32,000 nt of DNA from Promethearchaeum syntrophicum (GTDB taxonomy: Archaea > Asgardarchaeota > Lokiarchaeia > Sigyniarchaeales > Promethearchaeaceae), in contig NZ_CP042905.2 in assembly GCF_008000775.2 (NCBI RefSeq), positions 570,001 through 602,000 of the forward strand. Direction: 5' to 3'. The notes beneath the pieces are model-generated. The model did not search any database. It was not told where the DNA came from and saw only the letters and a list, made by a program, of their open reading frames with translations. Position 1 is the stretch's first letter. The number at the start of each line of letters is the position of its first letter. Shown in pieces: positions 14,562 through 24,044 of this stretch. The position numbers and the translations under genes are program-made.

Positions 14562-17306
14562 TTACATTACTTGCATTTTGGTCCCACAATGTTCAGGGAC
14601 TTCATTTGTTCCGCAGTTCATTCCCCCAAATTTGGGGTCTAAATTCATCCAACATACGAGTTTACCTTCATGAGGAATCATATCTCTCCCACAATGCTTG
14701 GGAAGTCCTTCTTCGTGATTGCAAACACTACACACTAATTTATTTGCCATAATATTTTCATCTCCTACGATTTTAGATTCAAATTTCTCACTTTCTATAT
14801 TCACAGATTTCTTTTGGGATCGTAAATTTTCAACTGAACTTTTTACTTTATTTAAATCAAGCCTTTTTAGTAATAGGGCTGATATTACAACTGAAACGGA
14901 ACTAATCGCCATGAAAAGGGAAGCGATACCGGGAGGTAAGAAAAAGCCTAATAATCCAAAAAATACACCTGCTGCAAACGGAATTCCTATTAAGTTATAA
15001 ATTGCAGCCCAAAACAAATTTTGTCTCATTTTGATATAAGTTTTCTTTGATAATGTCATAGCTGCTATTAAATTTTGAAGTTCGCCTTTAATTAATACAA
15101 TATCTGCTGATTCTATAGCGATATCAGTTCCTGATCCGATTGCAATACCAACATCCGCTTTTGTTAAAGCAGGTGCATCATTTATTCCATCTCCGACCAT
15201 AGCAACAACTGCGTTTGTTTCACTTTGAATTTCTTCAATCTTGACAAGTTTTTGGGAAGGTAAAACTTCAGCAAAATATTCTTGGATTCCTATGGATTTG
15301 GCGATTGCTTCTGCGGTTTTTTTATTATCCCCTGTTAGAAGATAAGTATGAATTTTCATCTTATGCAACATTTTAATTGTTTCTTTAGCATATGGTTTTA
15401 ATTTATCCGCAAGACCTAAAATACCAATCAATATTCCATCTTTCATTACAAGAACAACAGTATTACCTTGAGATTGAAGATCACCAATCATAATATCTGC
15501 ACTTGAATGATCTACTCCTTCTTTTTCGGCAAATTTTAGATTTCCAACAATAATTCTACTTTTTTCAATAATTCCTTCAATACCAAAACCAGGATTATTT
15601 TTAAAATCTTTTACCGTAGTAAGATCGATTTGTTTCTCCTTAGCTTTTTCAACAATTGCTTGTCCTAAAGGATGTTCTGACCCCTGTTCCAAGCTACCAG
15701 CAAAAAATAACACATCCTTCATAGAATTGTCCATAAATGGTATATTTTTTATAACTTGAGGTTTTCCAACAGTAAGAGTTCCTGTTTTATCAAAAACAAT
15801 ATGATTTACTTTATGCACAAGTTCTAAACTTTCCCCTCCTTTAATGAGGATTCCAGATTTTGCCCCTTTTCCTGTTCCTACCATAACTGCAGTAGGTATT
15901 GCTAAACCAAGAGCACAAGGACAAGAAATTACAACAACACTAACAAATCGAAGTAAAGAATCTTCAAATGTAAAACCTGCTATCCAAAACCAATAAGCAA
16001 ATGTAAGAGATGCAATTAAGATAACAATAGGAACAAAAACATTGCTTACTTTATCTGCTAAACGTTGCATTGGAGGTTTATCTGTTTGAGCATTGCGGAC
16101 TAAATCAATAATTCTGCTTAAAACTGTATCATTTCCAATTTTTTCAACTTCAACTTGAATTAAGCCATTTTGATTAATAGTTCCACCAATTACTAAATCT
16201 CCAGGTTGCTTCTTTACTGAAATAGATTCACCTGTTATCATTGATTCATCAATTCGCGATACTCCTTCGATTATTTTTCCATCAATAGGAATTTTTTCTC
16301 CAGGTTTAACTATTATTATATCCTTAACATCTATCTCATCAATATCAATTTCTATTTCTTCCGCATTTCGGAGTATGCGTGCAGATGTTGCTTTTAATTC
16401 CATAAGTTTAGTTAAAGCATTTGATGTTTTTCCTTTCGCTAAAGTTTCCATCCATTTTCCTAATAAAATAAAACTGAAGATTAGAATTGATTCTGAAAAG
16501 AATAATTCTCCAGCTCCAGTTATCACAGAAAAAATACTATATATATAAGCAGTCCCAGACCCTAAGGCGATTAAGACATCCATATTAGTTGTTTTATTTT
16601 TTAAGCTCAAATACGCGCCTTTATAGAAGAATTGCCCAACAATAATTTGAGAAATTGTAGTTAAAATCAAAATTAAATATATTACAATATTTCGAGAATT
16701 TTCATCAAGCGTTGTTCCCATGTTAATTCGGGATAATGTAAAAATTGGAATAAAAAGTAATAAGCTTATAATTGTGAGATTGCGCCTATATTTGATTTCT
16801 TTCTTAAAATTTTCTCGTTCTTGCTCCAAAATGCCTTGTGACTTGGATCCTTCGATTCCCAGTTTATAAAACTCTTTCATGACTTGATTTTCTGATATTT
16901 GAGCAGAATTAAAAATTATTTTCAAAGATTTTTTATCTTCATTAAAATAGGAAGCATAAACTCCATTCACTTGAGTCACTTCTTCGATAAGTTTGTTAAC
17001 CTTAGCTGAAGACAATTTTTCTTTAACTGAAACAACTAAGTTGGAAAGCGTGGCTTTATATCCTATATCGCTAACAGATTTCAATATATTCTCAATATTC
17101 ACTTCAGAACTATCAAAAATCACTCGACCGCTTTCTGTTGGAAGCACAATATCCACTTTTTTAACTCCTGGAAGTGCTTCTAATTTTGTATTAATTTTTA
17201 GAGCACAATTGGCACAAGTCATCCCAGATATGTTCAAATTTAAGGATATTTGCTCTTTATTCAATATTTCCTTATTCATTTCATATAACTTTTGGTTTTC
17301 ATTCAT
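14562..17306 (-). CDS. copA: Copper-translocating P1B-type ATPase with an extra Cys/His-rich C-terminal domain
   Basis: HMA domain GMTCANC. A second HMA-like fold lacks CxxC. TM CPC motif (SCPCALGLA). DKTGTLT phosphorylation site. GDGINDAPAL hinge. A ~61-aa tail carries CSVC and two (L/V)P(K/E)HCGxxM repeats. Confidence 0.93.
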   Translation of the reverse strand: MNENQKLYEMNKEILNKEQISLNLNISGMTCANCALKINTKLEALPGVKKVDIVLPTESGRVIFDSSEVNIENILKSVSDIGYKATLSNLVVSVKEKLSSAKVNKLIEEVTQVNGVYASYFNEDKKSLKIIFNSAQISENQVMKEFYKLGIEGSKSQGILEQERENFKKEIKYRRNLTIISLLLFIPIFTLSRINMGTTLDENSRNIVIYLILILTTISQIIVGQFFYKGAYLSLKNKTTNMDVLIALGSGTAYIYSIFSVITGAGELFFSESILIFSFILLGKWMETLAKGKTSNALTKLMELKATSARILRNAEEIEIDIDEIDVKDIIIVKPGEKIPIDGKIIEGVSRIDESMITGESISVKKQPGDLVIGGTINQNGLIQVEVEKIGNDTVLSRIIDLVRNAQTDKPPMQRLADKVSNVFVPIVILIASLTFAYWFWIAGFTFEDSLLRFVSVVVISCPCALGLAIPTAVMVGTGKGAKSGILIKGGESLELVHKVNHIVFDKTGTLTVGKPQVIKNIPFMDNSMKDVLFFAGSLEQGSEHPLGQAIVEKAKEKQIDLTTVKDFKNNPGFGIEGIIEKSRIIVGNLKFAEKEGVDHSSADIMIGDLQSQGNTVVLVMKDGILIGILGLADKLKPYAKETIKMLHKMKIHTYLLTGDNKKTAEAIAKSIGIQEYFAEVLPSQKLVKIEEIQSETNAVVAMVGDGINDAPALTKADVGIAIGSGTDIAIESADIVLIKGELQNLIAAMTLSKKTYIKMRQNLFWAAIYNLIGIPFAAGVFFGLLGFFLPPGIASLFMAISSVSVVISALLLKRLDLNKVKSSVENLRSQKKSVNIESEKFESKIVGDENIMANKLVCSVCNHEEGLPKHCGRDMIPHEGKLVCWMNLDPKFGGMNCGTNEVPEHCGTKMQVM

Positions 17307-17462
17307 TTGTCAAATTTAATATACTACTTAGAAATTAATAAACTCTCGAATAAAATAAATAATGAAAAATTCGATTTAGCCTTAAATCTATAAATCAATA
17401 GTGATAAAATTCAATTTTCTTATAGAAGAAATTATATATCATTTTTTAATTACTAATTAAAC

Positions 17463-18614
17463 ATGTCTAATGAAAAAATATTTGATAAACGAAAAGAAAT
17501 ACTCAAAGAACTTGTTTTACAACTTCATGCTGGAAACGAAGATCTTCCGAAATTAAAAAAGAAATTTAAAGATGAGCTAGGGGATGTTTCGGCCTCAGAA
17601 ATAGCCGTTATGGAGCAAGAGCTAATAGATAGCGGTGTTTTAACAGCTGAACAAATAACTAAATTATGCGATATTCATGTTGATATCTTTCGATCTTCTC
17701 TTGAAACTCATGAAAGCCCACAGTCTATTCCGGGCCATCCTATTCACACATACACTGCCGAAAATGAAAAAGCAAAAGAATTGATTCGGAAACTAAAAGC
17801 AGATTTCAATCCGATGGATCTCATCCAATTGAAACAAATAAATACGCATTATACACGACTTGAGAATCAATTATTCCCAATGCTTGAAAAAGTCGGATTT
17901 TCTGGACCATCGCAGGTTATGTGGGCGAAACATGATGAAATTCGGGATATGTTTAATAAAGCTGATAAAGAGAAAGTTGAAGAATTATTGGATTCTGTAG
18001 CAGACATGATCTTCAAAGAAGAAGGGATTCTTTTTCCCGCTTCCTTAGAAAAATTGACTGAAGCACAGTGGGTTGAAGTGAAAAATGGAGAAGAAGAAAT
18101 TGGATTTGCATGGGTAAAACCTGGATCCGAATGGAAACCAGTAACACCAGAAGGTATTCATGGAAAAGATAATCCAAATGTATTACCAGATTCATTATCT
18201 AATTTAGGATTACTTCAAATGAAGACTGGGAAAATGTCTCTTGAACTAGTAAATCTTATGATAACTCATTTACCTGTAGATTTGTCATTTATTGATGAAA
18301 ATGATAATGTTTTATATTATTCGGATGTTCCAGATCGCTTATTTCCGCGAAGTCCAGGTGTAATCGGAAGAAACGTTAAGAATTGTCATCCTCCGAAAAG
18401 CCAAGACATCGTGCTTCGGATACTTGATGCTTTCAAAAAAGGAGAAAAGAATGTCGCAGAATTTTGGTTGGAAATCAAAGGGCAATTCATCTACATTCGA
18501 TATTTTGCTGTTCGGGACAAAGATGGAAAATATCGCGGAACTTTAGAAGTTAGTCAAGATATAACTAATATTCGAAAGTTAGAAGGCACAAAACGACTAT
18601 TAAATTGGTCTTAG
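17463..18614 (+). CDS. DUF438 / hemerythrin-like / PAS domain protein
   Basis: The N-terminus (LHAGNEDLPKLKKKFKDELGDVSASEIAVMEQELIDSGVLTAEQITKLCDIHVDIFR) matches the DUF438 pattern as remembered. The C-terminal segment (FIDENDNVLYYS...NCHPPKS...) is the PAS-like part of this family. Confidence 0.75.
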   Translation: MSNEKIFDKRKEILKELVLQLHAGNEDLPKLKKKFKDELGDVSASEIAVMEQELIDSGVLTAEQITKLCDIHVDIFRSSLETHESPQSIPGHPIHTYTAENEKAKELIRKLKADFNPMDLIQLKQINTHYTRLENQLFPMLEKVGFSGPSQVMWAKHDEIRDMFNKADKEKVEELLDSVADMIFKEEGILFPASLEKLTEAQWVEVKNGEEEIGFAWVKPGSEWKPVTPEGIHGKDNPNVLPDSLSNLGLLQMKTGKMSLELVNLMITHLPVDLSFIDENDNVLYYSDVPDRLFPRSPGVIGRNVKNCHPPKSQDIVLRILDAFKKGEKNVAEFWLEIKGQFIYIRYFAVRDKDGKYRGTLEVSQDITNIRKLEGTKRLLNWS

Positions 18615-18794
18615 TTAAAATTGTGCAATCTTTAAAGAAAACCCCTTTTTTTTATGTATTTTTGAAATAAATCTAAAATTTTTGTTGACAAAATATAACT
18701 CAAAATGAGAAAAAGCAAATTATCAATAATAATTAGATATAATAAACAAAAATTAGGCTAGTCTAATAATATTAAAATATTAAAATGGAGGTAA

Positions 18795-19493
18795 ATTATT
18801 CTGGTAGATGAACATGTTCATAATCCAAAGGCTAAATTTGGATTAGAAGTCGGTGAAAAAGTCCCTTTTTTTGAAATAAATGATGTAAATGGACAGATTA
18901 TAAATATTGATAAAATGATTTCTCAGCAACCTGTTCTCCTTAACTTTTTTCGAGGGCATTATTGAGTTCCCTGCAAGAAATTTCTATCACTTTTAACCGA
19001 GAATCAAACAAAATTTGATGAAAAAAACGTGTCAGTCTTAGCAATTGCTAGGGACCCGCCAAAAAAATTAAAGAACTTCAAGCATTCAAACAAATTTTCC
19101 ATGCCTATTATTGCCGATATGAAAGGGGATATTGTAAAAAATTATAAAGTTTATACAACTGGAAATATGGTTGACCATGCATTTCTAAAATTTAAACTGG
19201 CAATACCTACAACCTATTTAATCGGCATAAATGGTATAATCACATGGCGCTACGTTGGAACTCGAGAAGATAGACCCAGTATCTCACAAATTTTCCAAGC
19301 GATAGAAGAAAATCTTAATGAACTCAACAAAAGTAAAAAAATATCCACTAATGAAAGATCAACCAAAAACAGTAAACCACTGGTGTTTTACGATTATTTG
19401 GTATGCAGCCAATTATCTTTCATAAAAATGGTGCAGAATTTTTTTTTTAATACATTTTTTTTTTATGTAGAATTCTATAACGATTTTCGTTGA
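18795..19493 (+). CDS. Prx-like2/AhpC-TSA-family redoxin with an in-frame TGA (18963-18965) at the first Cys of CxxC: selenoprotein candidate or pseudogene
   Basis: Reading frame 0 upstream of the 19029 ORF gives GLEVGEKVPFFEINDVNGQIINIDKMISQQPVLLNFFRGHY-TGA-VPCKKFL...VSVLAIARD. This is the FxRGxWCPxC redoxin motif with TGA in place of the first Cys. GGAGGT sits at 18787-18792, but only ATT (18795/18798) or CTG (18801) are available as in-frame starts. The C-terminal ~55 aa are low-complexity and overlap the convergent gene. Confidence 0.5.
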
Positions 19494-20146
19494 AGAACTA
19501 AAACGGTCACTAAATTTACCAAGAATGTTAATATCAATCCAATGATAAGAGCATAGGCAATTGTGTTAATACTTTCAAAGAAAATTCCTGGTAAGACTGC
19601 AATCAAACTTAATTGATTTCCCAAATATATGGCTAAAATTACTGCCAACATTGTGGAATTTACTAAAATTCCTATTAATATCGATATTGAGCAGGAAATT
19701 GCCATGGCACTTAAACTAATTGTCAATGAATCCCAAACCCCATCTAGTAAGGTTTCAATAGGGATATCTGTTTTTATTAAATCAAGAATAATTCCAATAA
19801 GTACACTCAGAAGCGTTGCAATCATTATGCATAAATAAACAGCAATTAATTTAGCGAACATCAAATTCCAGCGCTTAACTGGCCGAATCAGGAATAAATC
19901 GTATACATGGCGATCTTTTTCCGATACAATTGTAGTACTTATCATAACAGAAGCTAAAGTACCACTTAAAGAAGAGACCATTAATCCTACGAAAATACTA
20001 ATCGGAATGCCTTCAGTATCTGGTTGTAAATAATGGAGGAATAAACTTATCAAGGGCATGCCAATCCATAAGACCACCATCACTTTACTTTTATAAAATC
20101 CCTTGAATTCATCTTTAATTAATAAACTTAGGCTCATTTTATACAT
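19475..20146 (-). CDS. ABC-2-type transporter permease
   Basis: 223 aa with 6 predicted TM segments. Its start overlaps the stop of the upstream ATPase gene by 8 nt, which suggests translational coupling. Confidence 0.7.
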   Translation of the reverse strand: MYKMSLSLLIKDEFKGFYKSKVMVVLWIGMPLISLFLHYLQPDTEGIPISIFVGLMVSSLSGTLASVMISTTIVSEKDRHVYDLFLIRPVKRWNLMFAKLIAVYLCIMIATLLSVLIGIILDLIKTDIPIETLLDGVWDSLTISLSAMAISCSISILIGILVNSTMLAVILAIYLGNQLSLIAVLPGIFFESINTIAYALIIGLILTFLVNLVTVLVLQRKSL

Positions 20147-21125
20147 CCTCCTTTACATACTGTAAATATACATCTTCTAGAGATGGTTGTAGGAGATTAA
20201 AATTTCGGATAACACACTTATTAGAAACTAATATTTCTAAGATTTCATGTAAGGTGGTATCTAGGTCTGAATCAGAATTTAAAGTAAGAACAAATTTCAA
20301 ATTTCCATGTTGAACTACTTTAGAAACTTGGGGCAATTGATGTAGTATATCACAATCAGGGTTAGTTTCTGAGAGAATAATCTCAATTTCATGTCCAACT
20401 CGGAATTTAGATTGTAATTCTTGAGGTGTTCCAACATTTAAAATTCTTCCATGATTGATGATTGCTATTCGATCGGCTATGTCTTGCACATCACTGAGAA
20501 TATGACTTGAAAGGAATATAGTAATACCTTGTTGGGCTAACTGGAGTATAATTTTCTTCATTTGGTATCGACTACTTGGATCCAAACCACTCATGGGTTC
20601 ATCGAGCACTAAAAAGGTAGGTTTATGCAATAATGCTTGGGCGAGGCGTAATTTTTGTTTCATTCCCCCTGATAAATGAACTATTTTCTTATTTTTAACA
20701 TCATTAAGCCCTACAATTTGTAACACTTCATCAATTCTATTTGGAAGTTTTTGTGGGTCATAACTCGAGAGACGTCCAAGAGTATCCAATAAATGATTCA
20801 CAGTACGCCAAGTTTGAAAACCCACATCTTGGGGAAGATAACCCAGAAATTGATAAATTTCGTTTTGAGTTTTTGAAAGTGGATGACCATAGAGATTGAT
20901 GGTACCTTCAAATTGGCGGATAAGACCTACAATTATTTTCATCGTAGTGGTTTTTCCAGCACCGTTCGGTCCAATATAACCGAGTATTTCTCCTTTTTTA
21001 AGGGTAAAATTTATATCATTCAGAGCAACAAAATATCCGAATTTCTTGCTGATGTTACGCAAATCCAACAAATTTTCATCAGTATGGGATTTTTCTGAAT
21101 GGTCAGTTGAAAGGGGTATTGACAT
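20139..21125 (-). CDS. ABC transporter ATP-binding protein (ABC-2/DrrA-like)
   Basis: Walker A GPNGAGKTT. Signature LSGGMKQKL. Walker B FLVLDEP. H-loop SSHIL. Confidence 0.9.
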   Translation of the reverse strand: MSIPLSTDHSEKSHTDENLLDLRNISKKFGYFVALNDINFTLKKGEILGYIGPNGAGKTTTMKIIVGLIRQFEGTINLYGHPLSKTQNEIYQFLGYLPQDVGFQTWRTVNHLLDTLGRLSSYDPQKLPNRIDEVLQIVGLNDVKNKKIVHLSGGMKQKLRLAQALLHKPTFLVLDEPMSGLDPSSRYQMKKIILQLAQQGITIFLSSHILSDVQDIADRIAIINHGRILNVGTPQELQSKFRVGHEIEIILSETNPDCDILHQLPQVSKVVQHGNLKFVLTLNSDSDLDTTLHEILEILVSNKCVIRNFNLLQPSLEDVYLQYVKEDV

Positions 21126-21234
21126 TATAAGCGAAGTTCTCTCCTATGAAGAATTAGTATTGGTAAAATATAAATGAAGATAAAAGTTAGGATAAAAAGT
21201 TAATCTTATAATATTCAAATCAGTAAAGATAGTT

Positions 21235-21759
21235 ATGCGAAAAATAGTATTATATATTGCCTCAAGTCTTGATGGTTATATTGCACGTAAGAATGGTGAA
21301 GTCGATTGGTTGGATGATTTTAACAACACTGGGGATGATTATGGTTATTCTAAATTTTACGAATCTATAGATGTTACATTAATGGGAAATAAAACATATA
21401 AAACCACATTGAGTTTTGGCAAATTTCCATATAAAGATAAAATAAATTATGTGTTTACAAAGCAAAACAAACTTCCTCAAGCAGAATACGTCGAATTTAT
21501 TAATAAAAATATTGTTTCGTTTACAAAAGGCTTAAAAACTCAGAAAGGAAAGGATATTTGGCTTATTGGAGGAGCTCAAATTAATGAATTATTCTTCAAT
21601 AATGAAATTATAGATGAATTGATTCTTTCGGTTATGCCAGTGACTATAAGTAAAGGAATTCCATTATTCACCGAAAGAGTAAAGCAATTAAAATTTAGAT
21701 TAAATAACGAGAAATTTTATGAAAATGGAGTTGTGCAGCTTCATTATTCCATATTATAA
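21235..21759 (+). CDS. Dihydrofolate-reductase-like protein (RibD C-terminal domain family)
   Basis: MRKIVLYIASSLDGYIARKNGEVDWL ... DIWLIGGAQI is the typical signature of this family. Length 174 aa. Confidence 0.8.
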   Translation: MRKIVLYIASSLDGYIARKNGEVDWLDDFNNTGDDYGYSKFYESIDVTLMGNKTYKTTLSFGKFPYKDKINYVFTKQNKLPQAEYVEFINKNIVSFTKGLKTQKGKDIWLIGGAQINELFFNNEIIDELILSVMPVTISKGIPLFTERVKQLKFRLNNEKFYENGVVQLHYSIL

Positions 21760-21905
21760 ATATATCCTAAATGTGGAGCTTTAATTGTTTGGAATATATA
21801 ACTGATTTTCAAAGGTTTTTTCTTGCATATATTTTATTGTGCAATTTAGAATAGTTTTTATCCTAATTAATCGTAAAAATTATAACTGCTAGCAATAATG
21901 TAAAT

Positions 21906-23414
21906 ATGATTCTAATGTTGGAATATGATTTAATAGTTGTTGGGAGCGGAGTTGGATTAACTGTTCTTAGCCAAGGATTGCAAATGGGATTAAAATGTGC
22001 GGTTATTGAAGATGCAAAAATGGGTGGAACTTGTTTAACTCGGGGTTGTATCCCAAGTAAAGTCTTAGTTTATCCTGCCGATGTAATTAGAGAAGCGGAA
22101 CAGGCAAAAAAAATTGGGCTTGATATCAAAATTGAAAAAATTAATTGGGAATTAATTTCTGAAAGAATGTGGAGCCAAATTGATGAGAGTAAATCCATCG
22201 AAAATAGTTTATCTCACGCTCAAAATCTGACAATATATCAAGGAGTTGGTGAATTTGTCGGAGATTATGAAATGAAAGTAAGATTAAATAAAAATGGGGA
22301 ATATTCGGAAAAATTTCGAGGAAAGAAAATTGTACTCGCATCAGGGGGGAGATCTTTTATCCCACCAATAGAAGGATTAGATGAAGTTGGATATATTACA
22401 AGTGAAACCTTTTTCGGGCTAAAATTTCCTAAAAAACCATGGGAAAGCCTTATAATAATAGGTGGGGGGGTAATTGCTGCAGAATTTGCCCATATTTTCT
22501 CTGCCATGGGAACAAAAGTCACCATAGTTGAAATGCTTCCTCATTTAGTTTCAACTGAAGAACCAGAAATTAGTGAGATTTTAGAACATAAATTTTCTGA
22601 GTATATGCAAGTTTTATTAAACCTGAAAGCATCAAAAGTTGAAACTAAAAATGGGAAAAAAGTTGTAGAATTGGTGGATTTAAAATCAAATAAAGTATCC
22701 CAGATTAGCGCCGAAGAAATTCTAATTGCGACTGGACGAAGATCTAATGCAGATATTCTCAAAGTAGAAAAATCAGGAATTCAAACTGATAAACGCGGGT
22801 GGATCCTTACAAATGAATACCTTGAAACAAATATATCAAACATTTGGGCAATAGGTGATGCTAATGGGAAATATCAATTCAGACATAAAGCAAACTATGA
22901 TGCTGAAATTTGTACACGAAACATTTTCGGACACGGAAAAAAGAGTGCTGTTGATTATTCAAGCGTTCCATGGGCCATATTTACTTATCCACAGATTGCT
23001 CATGTAGGAATGACTCAAAAAGAATCACTAAAGAAAGGATATCATATTTATTCAGCTGTAAAAACATATTCTACAATTGCTAAGGGATTTGCAATGGGTT
23101 TAGAAGCTGATGACGCGCTTTTTAAATTGATTGTTGACCAAGATTATCGGATACTTGGAGCCCATGCAATTGGACCACATGCAGCTACACTAATTCAACA
23201 GATAGTTTATTTAATGAATGCAGGATACACCTGTCCACATGATGAAGAAGTTGATATTTCAAAAACACTTCCTAAAGCAGCGAATTCTTGTCCTGAAGCG
23301 GGTTCATTCATGCCTATTTATAAATCTATGGTGATACATCCTTCTCTTAATGAGGTAGTTGGTTGGTCTTTAGGAAACTTAAAACCTGTTAATATTTCAG
23401 AACATCACCATTAA
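21906..23414 (+). CDS. Class I FAD-dependent pyridine nucleotide-disulfide oxidoreductase (Lpd/GR-like)
   Basis: FAD motif YDLIVVGSGVGL. Redox-active disulfide GGTCLTRGCIPSK. NAD motif IIGGGVIAAEFA. C-terminal interface HPSLNEVV. Confidence 0.85.
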   Translation: MILMLEYDLIVVGSGVGLTVLSQGLQMGLKCAVIEDAKMGGTCLTRGCIPSKVLVYPADVIREAEQAKKIGLDIKIEKINWELISERMWSQIDESKSIENSLSHAQNLTIYQGVGEFVGDYEMKVRLNKNGEYSEKFRGKKIVLASGGRSFIPPIEGLDEVGYITSETFFGLKFPKKPWESLIIIGGGVIAAEFAHIFSAMGTKVTIVEMLPHLVSTEEPEISEILEHKFSEYMQVLLNLKASKVETKNGKKVVELVDLKSNKVSQISAEEILIATGRRSNADILKVEKSGIQTDKRGWILTNEYLETNISNIWAIGDANGKYQFRHKANYDAEICTRNIFGHGKKSAVDYSSVPWAIFTYPQIAHVGMTQKESLKKGYHIYSAVKTYSTIAKGFAMGLEADDALFKLIVDQDYRILGAHAIGPHAATLIQQIVYLMNAGYTCPHDEEVDISKTLPKAANSCPEAGSFMPIYKSMVIHPSLNEVVGWSLGNLKPVNISEHHH

Positions 23415-23451
23415 TTTTTTTATTTCTTGAAATGGACAAATAGAAGATTAT

Positions 23452-23937
23452 TTATTCATTCTGGTTTTTGGCTTTTCGCTCTTTGATTATTAACGCGTTA
23501 TTGATTTTATCCAAAATTTCCTTTGCATGAATCATATCTTGGGGATTCAATGCTTCTAGCACACTTCGAATCTCATCTTTTTGAATTTGAATCACTTTGT
23601 CATAAACTGCATTACCCAATTCAGTTAATATTAATTCTACTTTTCTTCGATCCTTGGGATTCGCTTCCCTTGATATTATATCCTTCTCGACAAGTTGGTC
23701 AATAATTCCTGTTGCTGTTCCTGCTTTGAGTTTAAAATGGTCTGCAAATTCGGTCATTGTAGTTCTTTTATTAGTCCCAATATAGAGGACAATTTGAAAA
23801 TATCTACCGAAGGGATCTCGAAAATTGGTATTTTTCACATACTCAAATAGTTCGGGACGATTAACTACCAATACATCCTTAACTTTATTCATGAGGGTAA
23901 AAAATTTAGTGAGTATCTCATCCTCATCTCGATTCAT
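23452..23937 (-). CDS. MarR-family transcriptional regulator
   Basis: Winged-HTH segment TMTEFADHFKLKAGTATGIIDQLVEKDIISREANPKDRRKVELILTELG. Divergent from the ABC exporter operon. Confidence 0.85.
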   Translation of the reverse strand: MNRDEDEILTKFFTLMNKVKDVLVVNRPELFEYVKNTNFRDPFGRYFQIVLYIGTNKRTTMTEFADHFKLKAGTATGIIDQLVEKDIISREANPKDRRKVELILTELGNAVYDKVIQIQKDEIRSVLEALNPQDMIHAKEILDKINNALIIKERKAKNQNE

Positions 23938-23980
23938 ATTTATATGTAGTCTAATTTATTTATAAATATAATTTATTTTT

Positions 23981-24000
23981 CGAATAGTTCGGATTCCGAA
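23981..24000. promoter_or_regulatory. Overlapping palindromes in the MarR/ABC divergent spacer (candidate MarR operator)
   Basis: CGAA-TAG-TTCG (23981-23991) overlaps the perfect 13-bp palindrome TTCGGA-T-TCCGAA (23988-24000). Confidence 0.35.
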
Positions 24001-24044
24001 GTATTTTTAAAGTGGTAATTCTGATAGATCATATCGATTCATAT

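Noticed and set aside
18966-19025. Bacterial-type SECIS hairpin immediately downstream of the in-frame TGA
   Set aside because: Only weak AT stems are present (AGA/TCT around AATT, and TCAAA/TTTGA at ~19009-19023). None has the expected spacing or a G/U-containing apical loop. The Sec call therefore rests on codon position only.
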